Part shown: positions 18,163-28,097 of the stretch, piece by piece
How positions within the stretch are numbered: the stretch's first letter is position 1
How the letters are laid out: each line of letters opens with the position of its first letter
Source of the DNA: Acidilobaceae archaeon
GTDB taxonomy: Archaea; Thermoproteota; Thermoprotei_A; Sulfolobales; Acidilobaceae
NCBI GenBank assembly: GCA_027051095.1
Contig: JALUAM010000002.1
Location: 14,703 to 78,702 of the forward strand
Reading direction: 5' to 3'
DNA: 64,000 nucleotides
Notes under the pieces: generated by a model
What the model was told of the DNA's origin: nothing
Database searches by the model: none
Seen by the model: only the letters and a program-made list of their open reading frames with translations
Translations under genes and position numbers: made by a program

Positions 18163-20706
18163 GTGATGACTATGAGGGGGATGAGAGGCATTAACGGTAG
18201 AAGGGGCTTGTGGCGGCGGGGCCAAGCGGAGATTATAGGAGGCCTTATAATACTTACTGTGCTGTTCTTGCTAGCGATACCGTTATTGCTGGGTGCTTTC
18301 TCCCAGGCAGCTAGGACTATTAACCAAAGTGTCGCTAACATCGCAGAGGCTAACGTGATGGCTAACGAGCGCCTCGAGATTATTCCTGTAGACCCTGAAA
18401 ACGATATTTACAGGAGACTTGGCTGGATCCCTGGAGTATTTATAGTAAACAGGGGCACCGTTGAAGTGCAACTAACTAAAGCTTATCTCATAGATATAAC
18501 TCAAAATAGAATAGTTTATATATTAGATCTTACTATTCTTAGGCAAGACGTTGCAGGTACAGTTAATAGCATTGTATCGCATATAGCGCTTAACGCTTCA
18601 CCAGCTAATCCAGTAGGAGACCCGCTTCCACCACGCGGCGAGCCGATACCTCTAGGACCCGGGGACAGCCTACTACTCGTGTTCAACTTAGCGAACCCCG
18701 AAAACTATATGATTGCTGTTGAAAGCGCTAGAGGAGTAATACATCCTGTAGGCGGCGGAGGAGGTGCCAGCCTAGCTCCAAGAGTATCAGCAACTCCTGC
18801 TGGCCAGGGTCAGGCGGGCGCGGACTCCGTGTTAAGACCTATCTTCGCACCCTTAGGAGGCTTTAAGATACTCGGTGCTCAGGAGCTCCAATCGAAAGGT
18901 AATGTGACTGCATGGAGGCCCTTCTACGAAATAATAATTGAACGTACAAACCCCAGAGGCAACGATGTGATAGGGCAAGGCATACAATACGAAGTAGCAT
19001 TTATATATAGTGACCCGGATCCTGAACATAAAGCATTGTCGTTAGTCTATATTAAAGTGCCTATAAACGAATATGGTGTCGTGAGAATACTTAATGATGT
19101 AAACGTAAGGGGTTGCTCAATAACGCCTTTAAGCGAAGTCTACATACACGGCTTCGTAGGCACGTATTATTACTTCACCGAGGCTGGTGCAGGAAACGTT
19201 AGAACAGGCGGTGGGGGCGACGGGGACAACGGTGAAGATAGCCCGTTTGAAGAAGTATTTGATGTTGAAGAAATCGCGCTAGTTTATGTAAGGGGTTACG
19301 CTGTTAAGATAGAAGTCCGTTACCCGACCGGCCAACAGTGCATAATCGAGGCTCCTCAGCCTTATGTGCAATTGAATGTCTTCGATAGCGTGAGATTTGA
19401 TGTTGATTTCGATGGCAACGGTATCAACGAACTCACCATGTTCAGCTACTTCAATGCGCCCGGCTTTAGCAATTACAATGTTGATGCTGACAGCAATATT
19501 GATGTGCTGACTGACTCGCTCTTATGGCAGTATATAGTTGCCCGCGATATAAGTGGTAGCGACTATATAAGAATCACGGGTAAGATAAACTACTACAGGA
19601 CTGCGACATATAATCTGGCATGCCCACCGTCATTCGAGCCGCTCAGAATATTCAGTGTTGCGGTGTATAGATTTGACGAAGTAACCGGCTCATGGGTCTT
19701 GGAGCATTGGAAGGACTTCTACTACTCGAGGGAGTCTCTAAGGCAGTTCCAGTTTACTGCGATATTCCCTGTGGATCGTAACTCGATTTACAGGGTGGGC
19801 GTTCTATTCTATGACCACTATTACGACTTCCTTGGTGACTGCTTCATAGACTTTACTTACACTCTGGAGTTCCTGGACGTTGAGTTCGGCATAGTTAACC
19901 CGTTCCTAGAAGAGACGCCGCCGATTTACATAGTAGCCATACCAAACCCGGCTTTAATATCGGGTATAGGCGAGGATAGCTATGCTGCGTGGGCCGGCGT
20001 GTCCATTAATGAAGCTAAGCTAATAGTCCAGAAAGAGCTATTGGAGGCTATCGACTCGGAGTTGAACTTCGTGGGCATAGGTAATTACGTAGTGATAGAC
20101 TCGGTAACGGAACTGTGCAACGTTTTGTTCCCGAACATAGTGCAAGGGAGCACCATGGAGCCTCCAAAGGACGCGATAATAATATGGCTACAGGGTGATG
20201 TCAGCATAAGCGATGTGACGAGCATTCCAGGATCTCCGTGCAGCGTCTCGGAGCGCTTGCTAGCGTCATATATAGGAGATTATGGCTGGATATTCGTTCA
20301 GGCTACGGGCACACCGTTCTGGAACGTGCCGCAAGAGATTCTGCCGTTGGGCGCGGTCGTGCTTAGAGCTGGCGGCGACGCCGAGATAACTCCTGAAGGT
20401 GAGGCGGCTAGAGCAAAGTATGTGGGCTTTGCCATGTTAAATGTGTTACCGTTTAACACGTTGGTGGAAGTTACTAGTATAGGCTCGCCGCTAATAGTGC
20501 CATCAGCGTCATTTTACGCTCAACCAGCGGCATCGGTTTACGGCCATGTAGCATTCCAGGTTGCAGGGTTATCGAAAGGAGCGTACCTGGTTATGCACAT
20601 AGTGCCCGTATGGGGCGACACAGGACCTACGCCTATAACCGTGGCGCAGCTGGCAGTGTTTGGAGGCTTAGAGGCCTACGCTGCAATTAAGGGTTCAGGG
20701 AATTAA
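18163..20706 (+). CDS. Large multidomain pilin-like/adhesin protein (class III signal peptide)
   Basis: RRG|QAEIIGGLIILTVLFLLAIPLLL, ERLEI, NRG.V, ESARG (archaeal pilin N-domain pattern); DFDGNG loop; 847 aa. Confidence 0.75.
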   Translation: MMTMRGMRGINGRRGLWRRGQAEIIGGLIILTVLFLLAIPLLLGAFSQAARTINQSVANIAEANVMANERLEIIPVDPENDIYRRLGWIPGVFIVNRGTVEVQLTKAYLIDITQNRIVYILDLTILRQDVAGTVNSIVSHIALNASPANPVGDPLPPRGEPIPLGPGDSLLLVFNLANPENYMIAVESARGVIHPVGGGGGASLAPRVSATPAGQGQAGADSVLRPIFAPLGGFKILGAQELQSKGNVTAWRPFYEIIIERTNPRGNDVIGQGIQYEVAFIYSDPDPEHKALSLVYIKVPINEYGVVRILNDVNVRGCSITPLSEVYIHGFVGTYYYFTEAGAGNVRTGGGGDGDNGEDSPFEEVFDVEEIALVYVRGYAVKIEVRYPTGQQCIIEAPQPYVQLNVFDSVRFDVDFDGNGINELTMFSYFNAPGFSNYNVDADSNIDVLTDSLLWQYIVARDISGSDYIRITGKINYYRTATYNLACPPSFEPLRIFSVAVYRFDEVTGSWVLEHWKDFYYSRESLRQFQFTAIFPVDRNSIYRVGVLFYDHYYDFLGDCFIDFTYTLEFLDVEFGIVNPFLEETPPIYIVAIPNPALISGIGEDSYAAWAGVSINEAKLIVQKELLEAIDSELNFVGIGNYVVIDSVTELCNVLFPNIVQGSTMEPPKDAIIIWLQGDVSISDVTSIPGSPCSVSERLLASYIGDYGWIFVQATGTPFWNVPQEILPLGAVVLRAGGDAEITPEGEAARAKYVGFAMLNVLPFNTLVEVTSIGSPLIVPSASFYAQPAASVYGHVAFQVAGLSKGAYLVMHIVPVWGDTGPTPITVAQLAVFGGLEAYAAIKGSGN

Positions 20707-20734
20707 CGCTTAAAATAGAAGCAATAGAGTCACC

Positions 20735-20741
20735 TTTTTTT
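20735..20741 (+). terminator. Oligo-T archaeal terminator
   Basis: T7 run 29 nt after the stop of 18163-20706. Confidence 0.45.
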
Positions 20742-20799
20742 GTAATATTGAATGCGTCTAAGTCGCGATTTTAATCTTTAACGTATAGGGTTTAAATTA

Positions 20800-20876
20800 G
20801 GGCTATGAAGCGTAGAGCGGGAGCTACTTGGTGGGCTCTGAGACTCGGTGATGAGGGAGGGAGCACTGAGCCCCGC
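20800..20876 (+). ncRNA. C/D-box methylation guide sRNA (degenerate C box)
   Basis: D' CTGA 20838, C' GTGATGA 20848, D CTGA 20866; terminal stems GGGCT/AGCCC or GCGGG/CCCGC; intergenic with TATA-like elements upstream. Confidence 0.65.
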
Positions 20877-20960
20877 GGCGCATTGTAGTTTCTCCCGTGC
20901 TGGGTGGAGATTGATATATTCGGGTTTAGCCGAATTAGTTGTCTGTTAGAGGTGGGAGGT

Positions 20961-21710
20961 ATGGTTGACAGGGTTAAGACGGGCATACCTGGTATGGACG
21001 AGATCCTGAATGGCGGCATCCCTAGGAGGAACGTTGTATTGCTGAGCGGGGGCCCGGGCACGGGTAAATCGATATTCTCGTACCAGTACCTGTGGAATGG
21101 GCTTAAGGAGGGTGAGGGCGGAGTTTTCGTCGCCCTTGAGGAGCACCCGGTGCAGGTTAGGATCAATATGGCCCAGTTCGGGTGGGACGTGAGGCCCTAT
21201 GAGAAGGAGGGCACATTTGCCATTGTGGACGCGTTCACGGGGGGCATAGGCGAGGCCGCGAAAAGGGAGAGGTATGTTGTCCAGGACCCGGAGGATGTTA
21301 ACCTGCTTGTCGACGTTCTCAAGGAGGCTATCAGGGACACTGACGCCAAGAGGGTTGTAGTTGACAGCGTCTCGACGCTCTACCTAGCTAAGCCCGTTCT
21401 GGCTAGGAGGACTGTGATGCTGCTTAAGAGGGTTCTCTCGGGACTCGGAACTACTAGCATACTTGTGAGCCAGGTGAGCGTCACTGAGAGGGGATTCGGC
21501 GGCCCCGGCGTTGAGCATGCGGCGGACGGCATAATCAGGCTTGACCTTGACGAGTACAATGGTGAGCTAGTTAGGAGCCTGATAGTGTGGAAGATGCGCG
21601 GTACTAAGCATAGCATGAGGAGGCACCCCTTCGAAATCACAGATAAAGGCATCATAGTTTACCCAGATAAGGTAGTGAGGATGGGTAGGAAGGTTACTGT
21701 GGAAGAGTGA
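20961..21710 (+). CDS. KaiC-domain RecA-superfamily ATPase (PH0284-like)
   Basis: [40 protein letters not shown]. Confidence 0.92.
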   Translation: MVDRVKTGIPGMDEILNGGIPRRNVVLLSGGPGTGKSIFSYQYLWNGLKEGEGGVFVALEEHPVQVRINMAQFGWDVRPYEKEGTFAIVDAFTGGIGEAAKRERYVVQDPEDVNLLVDVLKEAIRDTDAKRVVVDSVSTLYLAKPVLARRTVMLLKRVLSGLGTTSILVSQVSVTERGFGGPGVEHAADGIIRLDLDEYNGELVRSLIVWKMRGTKHSMRRHPFEITDKGIIVYPDKVVRMGRKVTVEE

Positions 21711-21749
21711 ATTAACTGAGCGAAGGCTGGCTGGCGCTGCAGGCTAGGG

Positions 21750-23054
21750 GTGGCTGCGATGGCCGGCTTCTCCTCCGTGAAGGGAGAAGTTATTACGTTC
21801 GACGACGTGGTCATAGTGCCAGGTAAGAGCCCGGTAGAGCCCAAGGACGTGGAGCTATCGAGCAGGGTGACTAAGAGCATATGGGTGTCTATACCGCTCG
21901 TCTCCAGCCCGATGGACACTGTGACAGAGTGGAGGATGGCACTGATCCTGGCCCGGCTGGGGGCAGTGGGCGTTATACACAGGAATATGAGCATAGAGGA
22001 GCAGGTGGGCCAGGTTGAGAGGGTTAAGTCGTCGCCCCCGAGCCCGTGGTTCGAGGTTGCGAAGAGCACCCCCGGGGAGCCTGTGTCACAGCTCCTCTTC
22101 AGGATGGCGGAGGCGGGCGTCGGCGCGGCGGTTATATTCGAAGGCTCAGCGTATAGGGGGGTTTACGTCGCGGCCGGCCCCCGGAGCGAGTTCTGGCTCA
22201 GGAAGGCGGAAGCCGTGGCAGCGCTTACCACAGCGATCAAGCCTATACCTACGATAGACGAGGAAGGTAGGCCTAGGGTCGGCGCCGCGGTTAGCCCCTT
22301 CGACGTAGAGAGGGCTAAGGCTTTGGAGAAGGCGGGCGTGGACTTCCTAGTGACTGACGTGGCTCATCTGCACAACGTTAACGCTTTGAGGGCCCTAAGA
22401 GAGCTTTCCAAGCAGGTATCGGTCGACATAGTCGCGGGTAACTTGGGCACTAAGGAGGCTGTGCTAGACGTTGTCAGCGTAGTGGAGGATGTGGGGGGGC
22501 TCAGGGTAGGTATAGCAAGCGGGAGTATATGCACCACGGGGGAGGTTACGGGGGCTTCTATGCCGACGCTGACAGCTGTGATAAACGCGTATGAGGCGCT
22601 TAAGGAGCTGGGCGCGGAGAACAGGATCCCCATTATAGCTGACGGCGGGGTGAGGAATGCGGGTGACGCCGCCAAGGCGATAATAGCTGGGGCTTCGAGT
22701 GTCATGGTGGGCAGGATGCTGGCCGGTACAGAGGAGTCTCCCGGCCAGCTGGTAAGCGTGGGCGGCCGCCTCTACAAGCAGTACAGGGGAATGGCGAGCA
22801 GAGGTGCTATAGAGAAGAGGCACGCGGGCGACAGGTATGGGGGTAGGTCTAAGCTGATAGAGGAGGGTGTCGAGGGGCTGGTGCCCTATAGGGGTAGCGC
22901 CGCCGAGGTCCTACTAGAATTCGCTGCGGGCCTCCAAGCAGCCCTCGGGTATGCAGGCGCCTCGACGATCAAAGAGGCTTGGAGCGCCAGGCTGGCTAGG
23001 ATAACAGCTGCTGGCCTTAGAGAGATAAAGCCCCACGATGTGGTGTTGGGGTGA
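21750..23054 (+). CDS. guaB: IMP dehydrogenase
   Basis: TFDDV, SSPMDTVTE, GSICTT, IIADGG, YRGMAS, EGVEG. Confidence 0.9.
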   Translation: MAAMAGFSSVKGEVITFDDVVIVPGKSPVEPKDVELSSRVTKSIWVSIPLVSSPMDTVTEWRMALILARLGAVGVIHRNMSIEEQVGQVERVKSSPPSPWFEVAKSTPGEPVSQLLFRMAEAGVGAAVIFEGSAYRGVYVAAGPRSEFWLRKAEAVAALTTAIKPIPTIDEEGRPRVGAAVSPFDVERAKALEKAGVDFLVTDVAHLHNVNALRALRELSKQVSVDIVAGNLGTKEAVLDVVSVVEDVGGLRVGIASGSICTTGEVTGASMPTLTAVINAYEALKELGAENRIPIIADGGVRNAGDAAKAIIAGASSVMVGRMLAGTEESPGQLVSVGGRLYKQYRGMASRGAIEKRHAGDRYGGRSKLIEEGVEGLVPYRGSAAEVLLEFAAGLQAALGYAGASTIKEAWSARLARITAAGLREIKPHDVVLG

Positions 23055-23061
23055 AAAACCT

Positions 23062-23532
23062 GTGATCCAGCGCAAGCTCTTCGCCCCAGGCAGGATGTAC
23101 ATGGTTAAGGTTAGGGAGGGCGAGGAGGTTCACGAGGTAGTAAGGAGCTTGATGGAAGCTCAGGGGATAGAGTCTGCGCTGGTAACAGGGATAGGCGGCT
23201 TCAGCGAGGCGGTGATAGGCTTCTTCAGCCCTTCCAGGAATAAGTATTTAACGGTCGAGGTCAAGCCCCGCGAAGGCCTCGTCATAGAAGTTGCGTCTCT
23301 AGACGGCAACGCTGTCTCGACGGGCGGCTCCGTCAGCGTTCACCTGCACGCGGTGTTAAGCTTAGACCCGAAGACTGTAATAGCGGGCCACCTGGTTAAA
23401 GGGGTAGCTAGGCCACACGTCGAGCTGTTCTTAATAGAAGCGCTGGGGAGGCCCGGAGCGGCCTTAGAGGTGCTAGACCATAGGAAGGGGCCTGCGCCGG
23501 GGCTAGAGCAATGGCCGGGCTCCCAGGGATAG
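23062..23532 (+). CDS. PPC/DUF296 domain protein
   Basis: GIGG, EVASLDGN, HLHAVL, AGHL; start re-placed at GTG 23062 after GGTGA. Confidence 0.85.
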   Translation: MIQRKLFAPGRMYMVKVREGEEVHEVVRSLMEAQGIESALVTGIGGFSEAVIGFFSPSRNKYLTVEVKPREGLVIEVASLDGNAVSTGGSVSVHLHAVLSLDPKTVIAGHLVKGVARPHVELFLIEALGRPGAALEVLDHRKGPAPGLEQWPGSQG

Positions 23533-23541
23533 GTGTGGGCT

Positions 23542-24075
23542 ATGGCTGTGAGGGTTCTTCTAGCGGCTATCGGCGGAGTGGATGTGGGCATGCTGGCTAG
23601 AGTCGCCGAGAGGGCTTCTAAGCTTATGCCTGTTAAAAGCGAGTGGCTGGTTGCAACCGAGAGATTCAACCCGCCGATCTCTGCTTTCGACTGGGACAGG
23701 CTACAGTATAGGGCTGACAGCATCAATGTTAACGTGTACGAGAGCTTTAGGAGCATAGCTGAGTCGGGGGTTAAAATAGTGGCTGTTGTGGAGGGCGACG
23801 GGTACGTGGGAGGGATGAACTTTGTCTTCGGGCTGGCGACGCCCAGCCTGGGAGTCGCCTCAGTCTACACGGGGAGGCTGGGGAAAGGTAGCTTACTGGA
23901 GGAGAGGCTTGTGAAGGAGGTGCTCCACGAGCTGGGCCACCTGCTAGGGTTAGGCCACTGCAGTAATAAGAGGTGCGTCATGAGCTTCAGTCTGAGTGTA
24001 GCCGACGTCGACGCTAAGGGCGCGGAGTTTTGCGGTAGATGCGCGGCTAAGCTCAGGTCGGCTATGGAGCGCTAG
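23542..24075 (+). CDS. amzA: Archaemetzincin Zn-metalloprotease
   Basis: HELGHLLGLGHC....CVM, FCGRC, NFVFG. Confidence 0.9.
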   Translation: MAVRVLLAAIGGVDVGMLARVAERASKLMPVKSEWLVATERFNPPISAFDWDRLQYRADSINVNVYESFRSIAESGVKIVAVVEGDGYVGGMNFVFGLATPSLGVASVYTGRLGKGSLLEERLVKEVLHELGHLLGLGHCSNKRCVMSFSLSVADVDAKGAEFCGRCAAKLRSAMER

Positions 24076-24081
24076 CCCCCA

Positions 24082-24558
24082 TCATATATCAACTACGAAT
24101 TGGGTCTTCCAGCACCCGTTGCTATCCTTTTTGACTTCCATCTGAGCATACGTCATAGCCTTGACTATAGTCCTATGCTCATGCCTCTGATGGTCGAACT
24201 TCTCTCCCCATACCACGGATTTGATCTTCCACGGCTTGTCTCCGTCCCCCTCATGTATCTCGCATACTCTGAATATCCCGAACACCAGGCCCTCGCTGTC
24301 GGTGTATGCGAGCATCGCCTCCACCCACCTATATATTAGATTGTAGAGGTCTATGCCGTCGGCTTCGACGACTAGCCGGACTCTGGGCTCCACCCTGGAG
24401 GTGTCGGTCATAACCTCGTAGACGGCTCTGGCGGCCTCCTCGAGAGACTCCTCTAGGGTTCTCCCCCACGCCTCTATGAGCACGTCTGCAGTGTGCTCGC
24501 TGTGCCTCCATCCGGGGCAGGGTGCTTCGCTCAAGCGCTGTCCCCATAAATCCAGCAT
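24082..24558 (-). CDS. Archease (RtcB activator)
   Basis: EHTADV, KAMTY, FVVDI C-terminus. Confidence 0.92.
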   Translation of the reverse strand: MLDLWGQRLSEAPCPGWRHSEHTADVLIEAWGRTLEESLEEAARAVYEVMTDTSRVEPRVRLVVEADGIDLYNLIYRWVEAMLAYTDSEGLVFGIFRVCEIHEGDGDKPWKIKSVVWGEKFDHQRHEHRTIVKAMTYAQMEVKKDSNGCWKTQFVVDI

Positions 24559-24600
24559 TATAGGCTTGTGCGGGGCTGAAATGTGTGATGGGGCTCCTCA

Positions 24601-25293
24601 TTGGCCAGTATACGTGATAAGGCGACGGGGGCCGAGGTCCTAGAGAGACTTAAAAAGTCGCTGAGGGTGGATTGGAGAGATTATGTCGCGCTGGTAGCGT
24701 ATGAGGTTGACGGTAACCCCTTCGCTGTGCTAGCAGCAATAATACTGAGCCAGAATACTAGCGACAAGAACTCGATTAGAGCCTACATGAGGCTGAGGTC
24801 TAGTATAGGCGTTAGACCTGAAGACGTGGCCAAGGCTAGGCTGGAGGACGTGGAGGAGGCGATTAGGCCTGCAGGCCTTTCTAGGCAGAAGGCTAGGGCT
24901 CTCAAGCTATTAGCGAGTAAAGTGATTGAGTGGGGCGGCGAGGAGTACCTGTTGCGGGAGGAGCCGGGGGTGTTGCGGCGCAAGCTGCTATCGGTTCAGG
25001 GTGTAGGGCCGAAGACGGCAGACGTGTTTCTGAGCCTCGTCAGGAAGGCTCCTGGCGTCTTCGCGGTGGATACTCATGCGGCTAGAATTGCTAAAAGATG
25101 GGGCCTCGTAGGTGATAAGGCTGGCTACGACGAGATCTCGCGTGCCCTGCTAGAATTCTTCGGGGAGGGGGTTAGCGAGGAGGCCCACAGGTTGTTGATA
25201 GCGCTGGGACGCACATACTGTAGAGCTAGGAATCCGCTGTGCAGAGAATGCCCGGTGAGCGACGTATGCCCGAGTGCCCAACAGCGGTTATAG
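24601..25293 (+). CDS. nth: Endonuclease III (HhH-GPD, 4Fe-4S)
   Basis: ILSQNTSD, GVGPKTAD, VDTH, C-x6-C-x2-C-x5-C. Confidence 0.93.
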   Translation: MASIRDKATGAEVLERLKKSLRVDWRDYVALVAYEVDGNPFAVLAAIILSQNTSDKNSIRAYMRLRSSIGVRPEDVAKARLEDVEEAIRPAGLSRQKARALKLLASKVIEWGGEEYLLREEPGVLRRKLLSVQGVGPKTADVFLSLVRKAPGVFAVDTHAARIAKRWGLVGDKAGYDEISRALLEFFGEGVSEEAHRLLIALGRTYCRARNPLCRECPVSDVCPSAQQRL

Positions 25294-25793
25294 TAGCAAA
25301 GCCTAAGAGGCAATCATGGGCGCTTGAAGAGGCGTGGGACCTGGCTGTCATGGCTCACCCGGAGAGTAGGGCCGAGCCTTCGCGCTTCCCCGGAGTCATA
25401 CTAGTCTACACCCCCGACGGTGACTCCAGGAGACTATCGATTATGGCTGCAAGGGGCGAGAGGGGCTTCATCCAGAGGATTGTTCCCGCAGAGATTTGCA
25501 TCGCGGGGGCCGAGAAGAATGACGTTGTCAACGCTGTCGAATCGATAATAGGAAGAAAGTCGGCTCTGATGGGAGAGGGAAGACTAAGGCTGATAGTATC
25601 GGTTAGGGGCGAGGGCAAAAGAGTCGTTGACAAGCGTGCTATCGAGGAAATCGTTGCCTCTAAGAACCTAAGGATTGATAGGAACGCGAGGGTAGCCCTC
25701 GCAGTAGAATCTGTAGACTCGCTCTTCGTAATAGCGTTGGGTATTACAAGGAGTTGCGGCCCATCCTGCCTTCTAGTCTATTTGGCCGGGTAA
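25266..25793 (+). CDS. THUMP-like RNA-binding protein
   Basis: FPGVILV..FIQRIVP ferredoxin-like part followed by LRLIVSVRG THUMP-like strand. Confidence 0.55.
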   Translation: MPECPTAVIVAKPKRQSWALEEAWDLAVMAHPESRAEPSRFPGVILVYTPDGDSRRLSIMAARGERGFIQRIVPAEICIAGAEKNDVVNAVESIIGRKSALMGEGRLRLIVSVRGEGKRVVDKRAIEEIVASKNLRIDRNARVALAVESVDSLFVIALGITRSCGPSCLLVYLAG

Positions 25794-25865
25794 AAAGATA
25801 TGTTGATGGCTTTAACCCTTTTTCTTTCAGGGAGCTAGGTAACACGTGTACAGGGGTGGGCGTTA

Positions 25866-27089
25866 GTGTATCCTATGGGCAGTGTCTTCGAGGATAAGAG
25901 TGTTTTCAGCGAGACGTACGTGCCGAGGGAGCTGAGGGTTAGAGCCAAGGAGGCTGATATGCTATTCAAAATCTACTTTAACAAGCTGTTTTCTAGCGCG
26001 GGCCTGTCAGACATAGCAGTGATCTACGGTAGCTTAGGCCGCGTGGGTATAGGGAAGACTACGATAGCGAAATACGTGGCTGAGAAGCTAGTGGAAGCGT
26101 CTAGAAGAGAGGGCGTCCGGGTGAAAGTGGCGTACGTCAATGTCTACACAGGGCCCAGCCTATATTCTATTTTATCTATGATAGTGAGGAATGCCGAGCT
26201 GGGCGTTACTGTTAGGGGTAGCCCCGTCATAGACATATTAAAAGCTATAGTTGACACGTTATACATAAATAACACGTATTTGCTTGTTATACTGGACGAG
26301 TTCCAGAGCATGCTCACGTCCCCTAAGGTGGAGGCTGACGACCTTTATGCTCTCTTAAGAGTGCATGAGGAGATGCCCTCTAAGGACGGCGTCGCTAGGA
26401 TAGGATTTCTGCTGGTTGCAAGCGACGTGAGAGCCCTTAGCTACATGAGGGAGACTATACCTCAAGTCGAGTCGCAGGTAAGCTTCAAGCTGCACTTGCC
26501 AGCCTATAGGTCTTACGAGTTGCTCGAGATACTGAGGCAGAGAGCTGAACTGGGTCTTAAGCCGGGCTCTTGGAACGACGAGATATTAGAGATGATAAGT
26601 GAAACCTACGGCGAGGATAAGGGTGGTGATGGTAGCGCTAGAAGGGCTATAATGGCTCTTAGGATGGCGGCCGAGATGGCTGAAGCGGAGGGCAGGCAGT
26701 TTATAGGGGCGGATCTGGTTAGGAAGGCCCTAGCGGAGCAGGAGGCTAGTAGTATACCGGTCAGCGAGATTAAGAGCCTAGGGTTGCACGAGCTCCTAAT
26801 ACTAAGAGCTATCGCAGACGCCGCTGTAGAGGGCATGGACTATATAACAACGGGCGAGCTAAGGAGGAGATACGAGCTTCTATGCGAAACGCTTCAGGTC
26901 AAGGCTAGAGGCTACACCCAGTTCCACACCTATATAAGGCAGCTCAACTCTATGGGTCTCATAGAGGCTAGGATATCTGGCAAGGGGATGAGGGGGAGGA
27001 CGACTCTGATCAGGCTGGCGCCCCCGATACCCGCTGATAGGCTTAGAGAAGTGGTAAACGAAGCTATCATGCAGGCGGCTAGGCATTAA
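25866..27089 (+). CDS. cdc6: Orc1/Cdc6 family protein, Orc1-2 (Aeropyrum ORC2-like) type
   Basis: GRVGIGKTT, LDEFQ, GDGSARRAI, C-terminal wHTH GMRGRTT; closely resembles A. pernix ORC2 as I recall it. Confidence 0.93.
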   Translation: MYPMGSVFEDKSVFSETYVPRELRVRAKEADMLFKIYFNKLFSSAGLSDIAVIYGSLGRVGIGKTTIAKYVAEKLVEASRREGVRVKVAYVNVYTGPSLYSILSMIVRNAELGVTVRGSPVIDILKAIVDTLYINNTYLLVILDEFQSMLTSPKVEADDLYALLRVHEEMPSKDGVARIGFLLVASDVRALSYMRETIPQVESQVSFKLHLPAYRSYELLEILRQRAELGLKPGSWNDEILEMISETYGEDKGGDGSARRAIMALRMAAEMAEAEGRQFIGADLVRKALAEQEASSIPVSEIKSLGLHELLILRAIADAAVEGMDYITTGELRRRYELLCETLQVKARGYTQFHTYIRQLNSMGLIEARISGKGMRGRTTLIRLAPPIPADRLREVVNEAIMQAARH

Positions 27090-27112
27090 GCAGCCTGAAG
27101 GGGTGCTCGGCT

Positions 27113-27376
27113 GTGGAGGCGGAGGAGCTACTCAGCAGCAAGGCTAAGCTAAAAATATTAAAAATACTGTTAAGGGAGGGCCACGTGAACATAACTAGGC
27201 TGGTTAGAGAGACCGGCCTCAACCATAAGGTCGTGAGTAGGCACTTAGAGGATATGAAGAAGATGGGGATAGTTGGTGAGAGGAAGTACGGCAGGATGAG
27301 GATAATCTATGTTAACCTGGCTGACCCTAGGATTAGTGTGCTGAGGGAGGCGCTTAGAGCCTTAGGGATTCTCTAA
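27113..27376 (+). CDS. ArsR-like winged-helix protein
   Basis: NITRLVRETGLNH..VSRHL, GIV..YGR. Confidence 0.8.
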   Translation: MEAEELLSSKAKLKILKILLREGHVNITRLVRETGLNHKVVSRHLEDMKKMGIVGERKYGRMRIIYVNLADPRISVLREALRALGIL

Positions 27377-28097
27377 GCCGCTTTATAATATAGGACGAGT
27401 AGCTCCTATCCTTTATGAAGATCCCCTTTACGCTGCGTGACCTCCTATCGGGCACTATGTAAACGGTCTTTACGTCGGTTGCTATGAGGTCTGGAAGCCA
27501 GAACCCGGCTTCCACGACCTTCACGCCATCGGGTATATTAGCCCTGCTCTTCTTGGCCCCCAGCGAGTATACTAGCACAGTGTTGACACCGTGCACCACG
27601 GAGTCTCTTAAGAGCGGGTGGAACGCTTCAACGCTGTCCGAGAGCGCGATAGACACTACAACGAACATATTGTTTATGGAGCGTAGGTCCTCGGCTGCAG
27701 CGGAGAGCGCGGGGTAAAGGCCTTCAACGACGCTTATCTCTAGCTCTTCGGCCTTAGCGGAGGCTATAGATTCAAGAGCCCTAGCCACTTCTAATATTTG
27801 ATTTACCCTCTTTCTCGCCTCATCCTCAATCCTAGCTATTTCCGCTATAGCCACGGCGCTGGGGGGCAGAGGCCTATACCACCCCTCTGTTGCGACAACA
27901 AACCCCTTGGATTCAAGCACTCTGATTACATCATAAATCCTGGGGAGGGGCACGCCACTCATGCTACTAGCCTCTCTCGGGTTGGAAGCTCCCTTGAGCA
28001 GGGCCAGGTATAATTTAGCCTCGTATCTAGTAAGCCTGAAACTCTTCTGGAGCGCGGCTATCAGTTCGTCTTCAATCGTATCGCTGGCGCTCAACAT
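27354..28097 (-). CDS. TrmB-family transcriptional regulator
   Basis: LTRYEAKLY, SGVPLPRIYDV..LESKGFV. Confidence 0.88.
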   Translation of the reverse strand: MLSASDTIEDELIAALQKSFRLTRYEAKLYLALLKGASNPREASSMSGVPLPRIYDVIRVLESKGFVVATEGWYRPLPPSAVAIAEIARIEDEARKRVNQILEVARALESIASAKAEELEISVVEGLYPALSAAAEDLRSINNMFVVVSIALSDSVEAFHPLLRDSVVHGVNTVLVYSLGAKKSRANIPDGVKVVEAGFWLPDLIATDVKTVYIVPDRRSRSVKGIFIKDRSYSSYIIKRLRESLRL

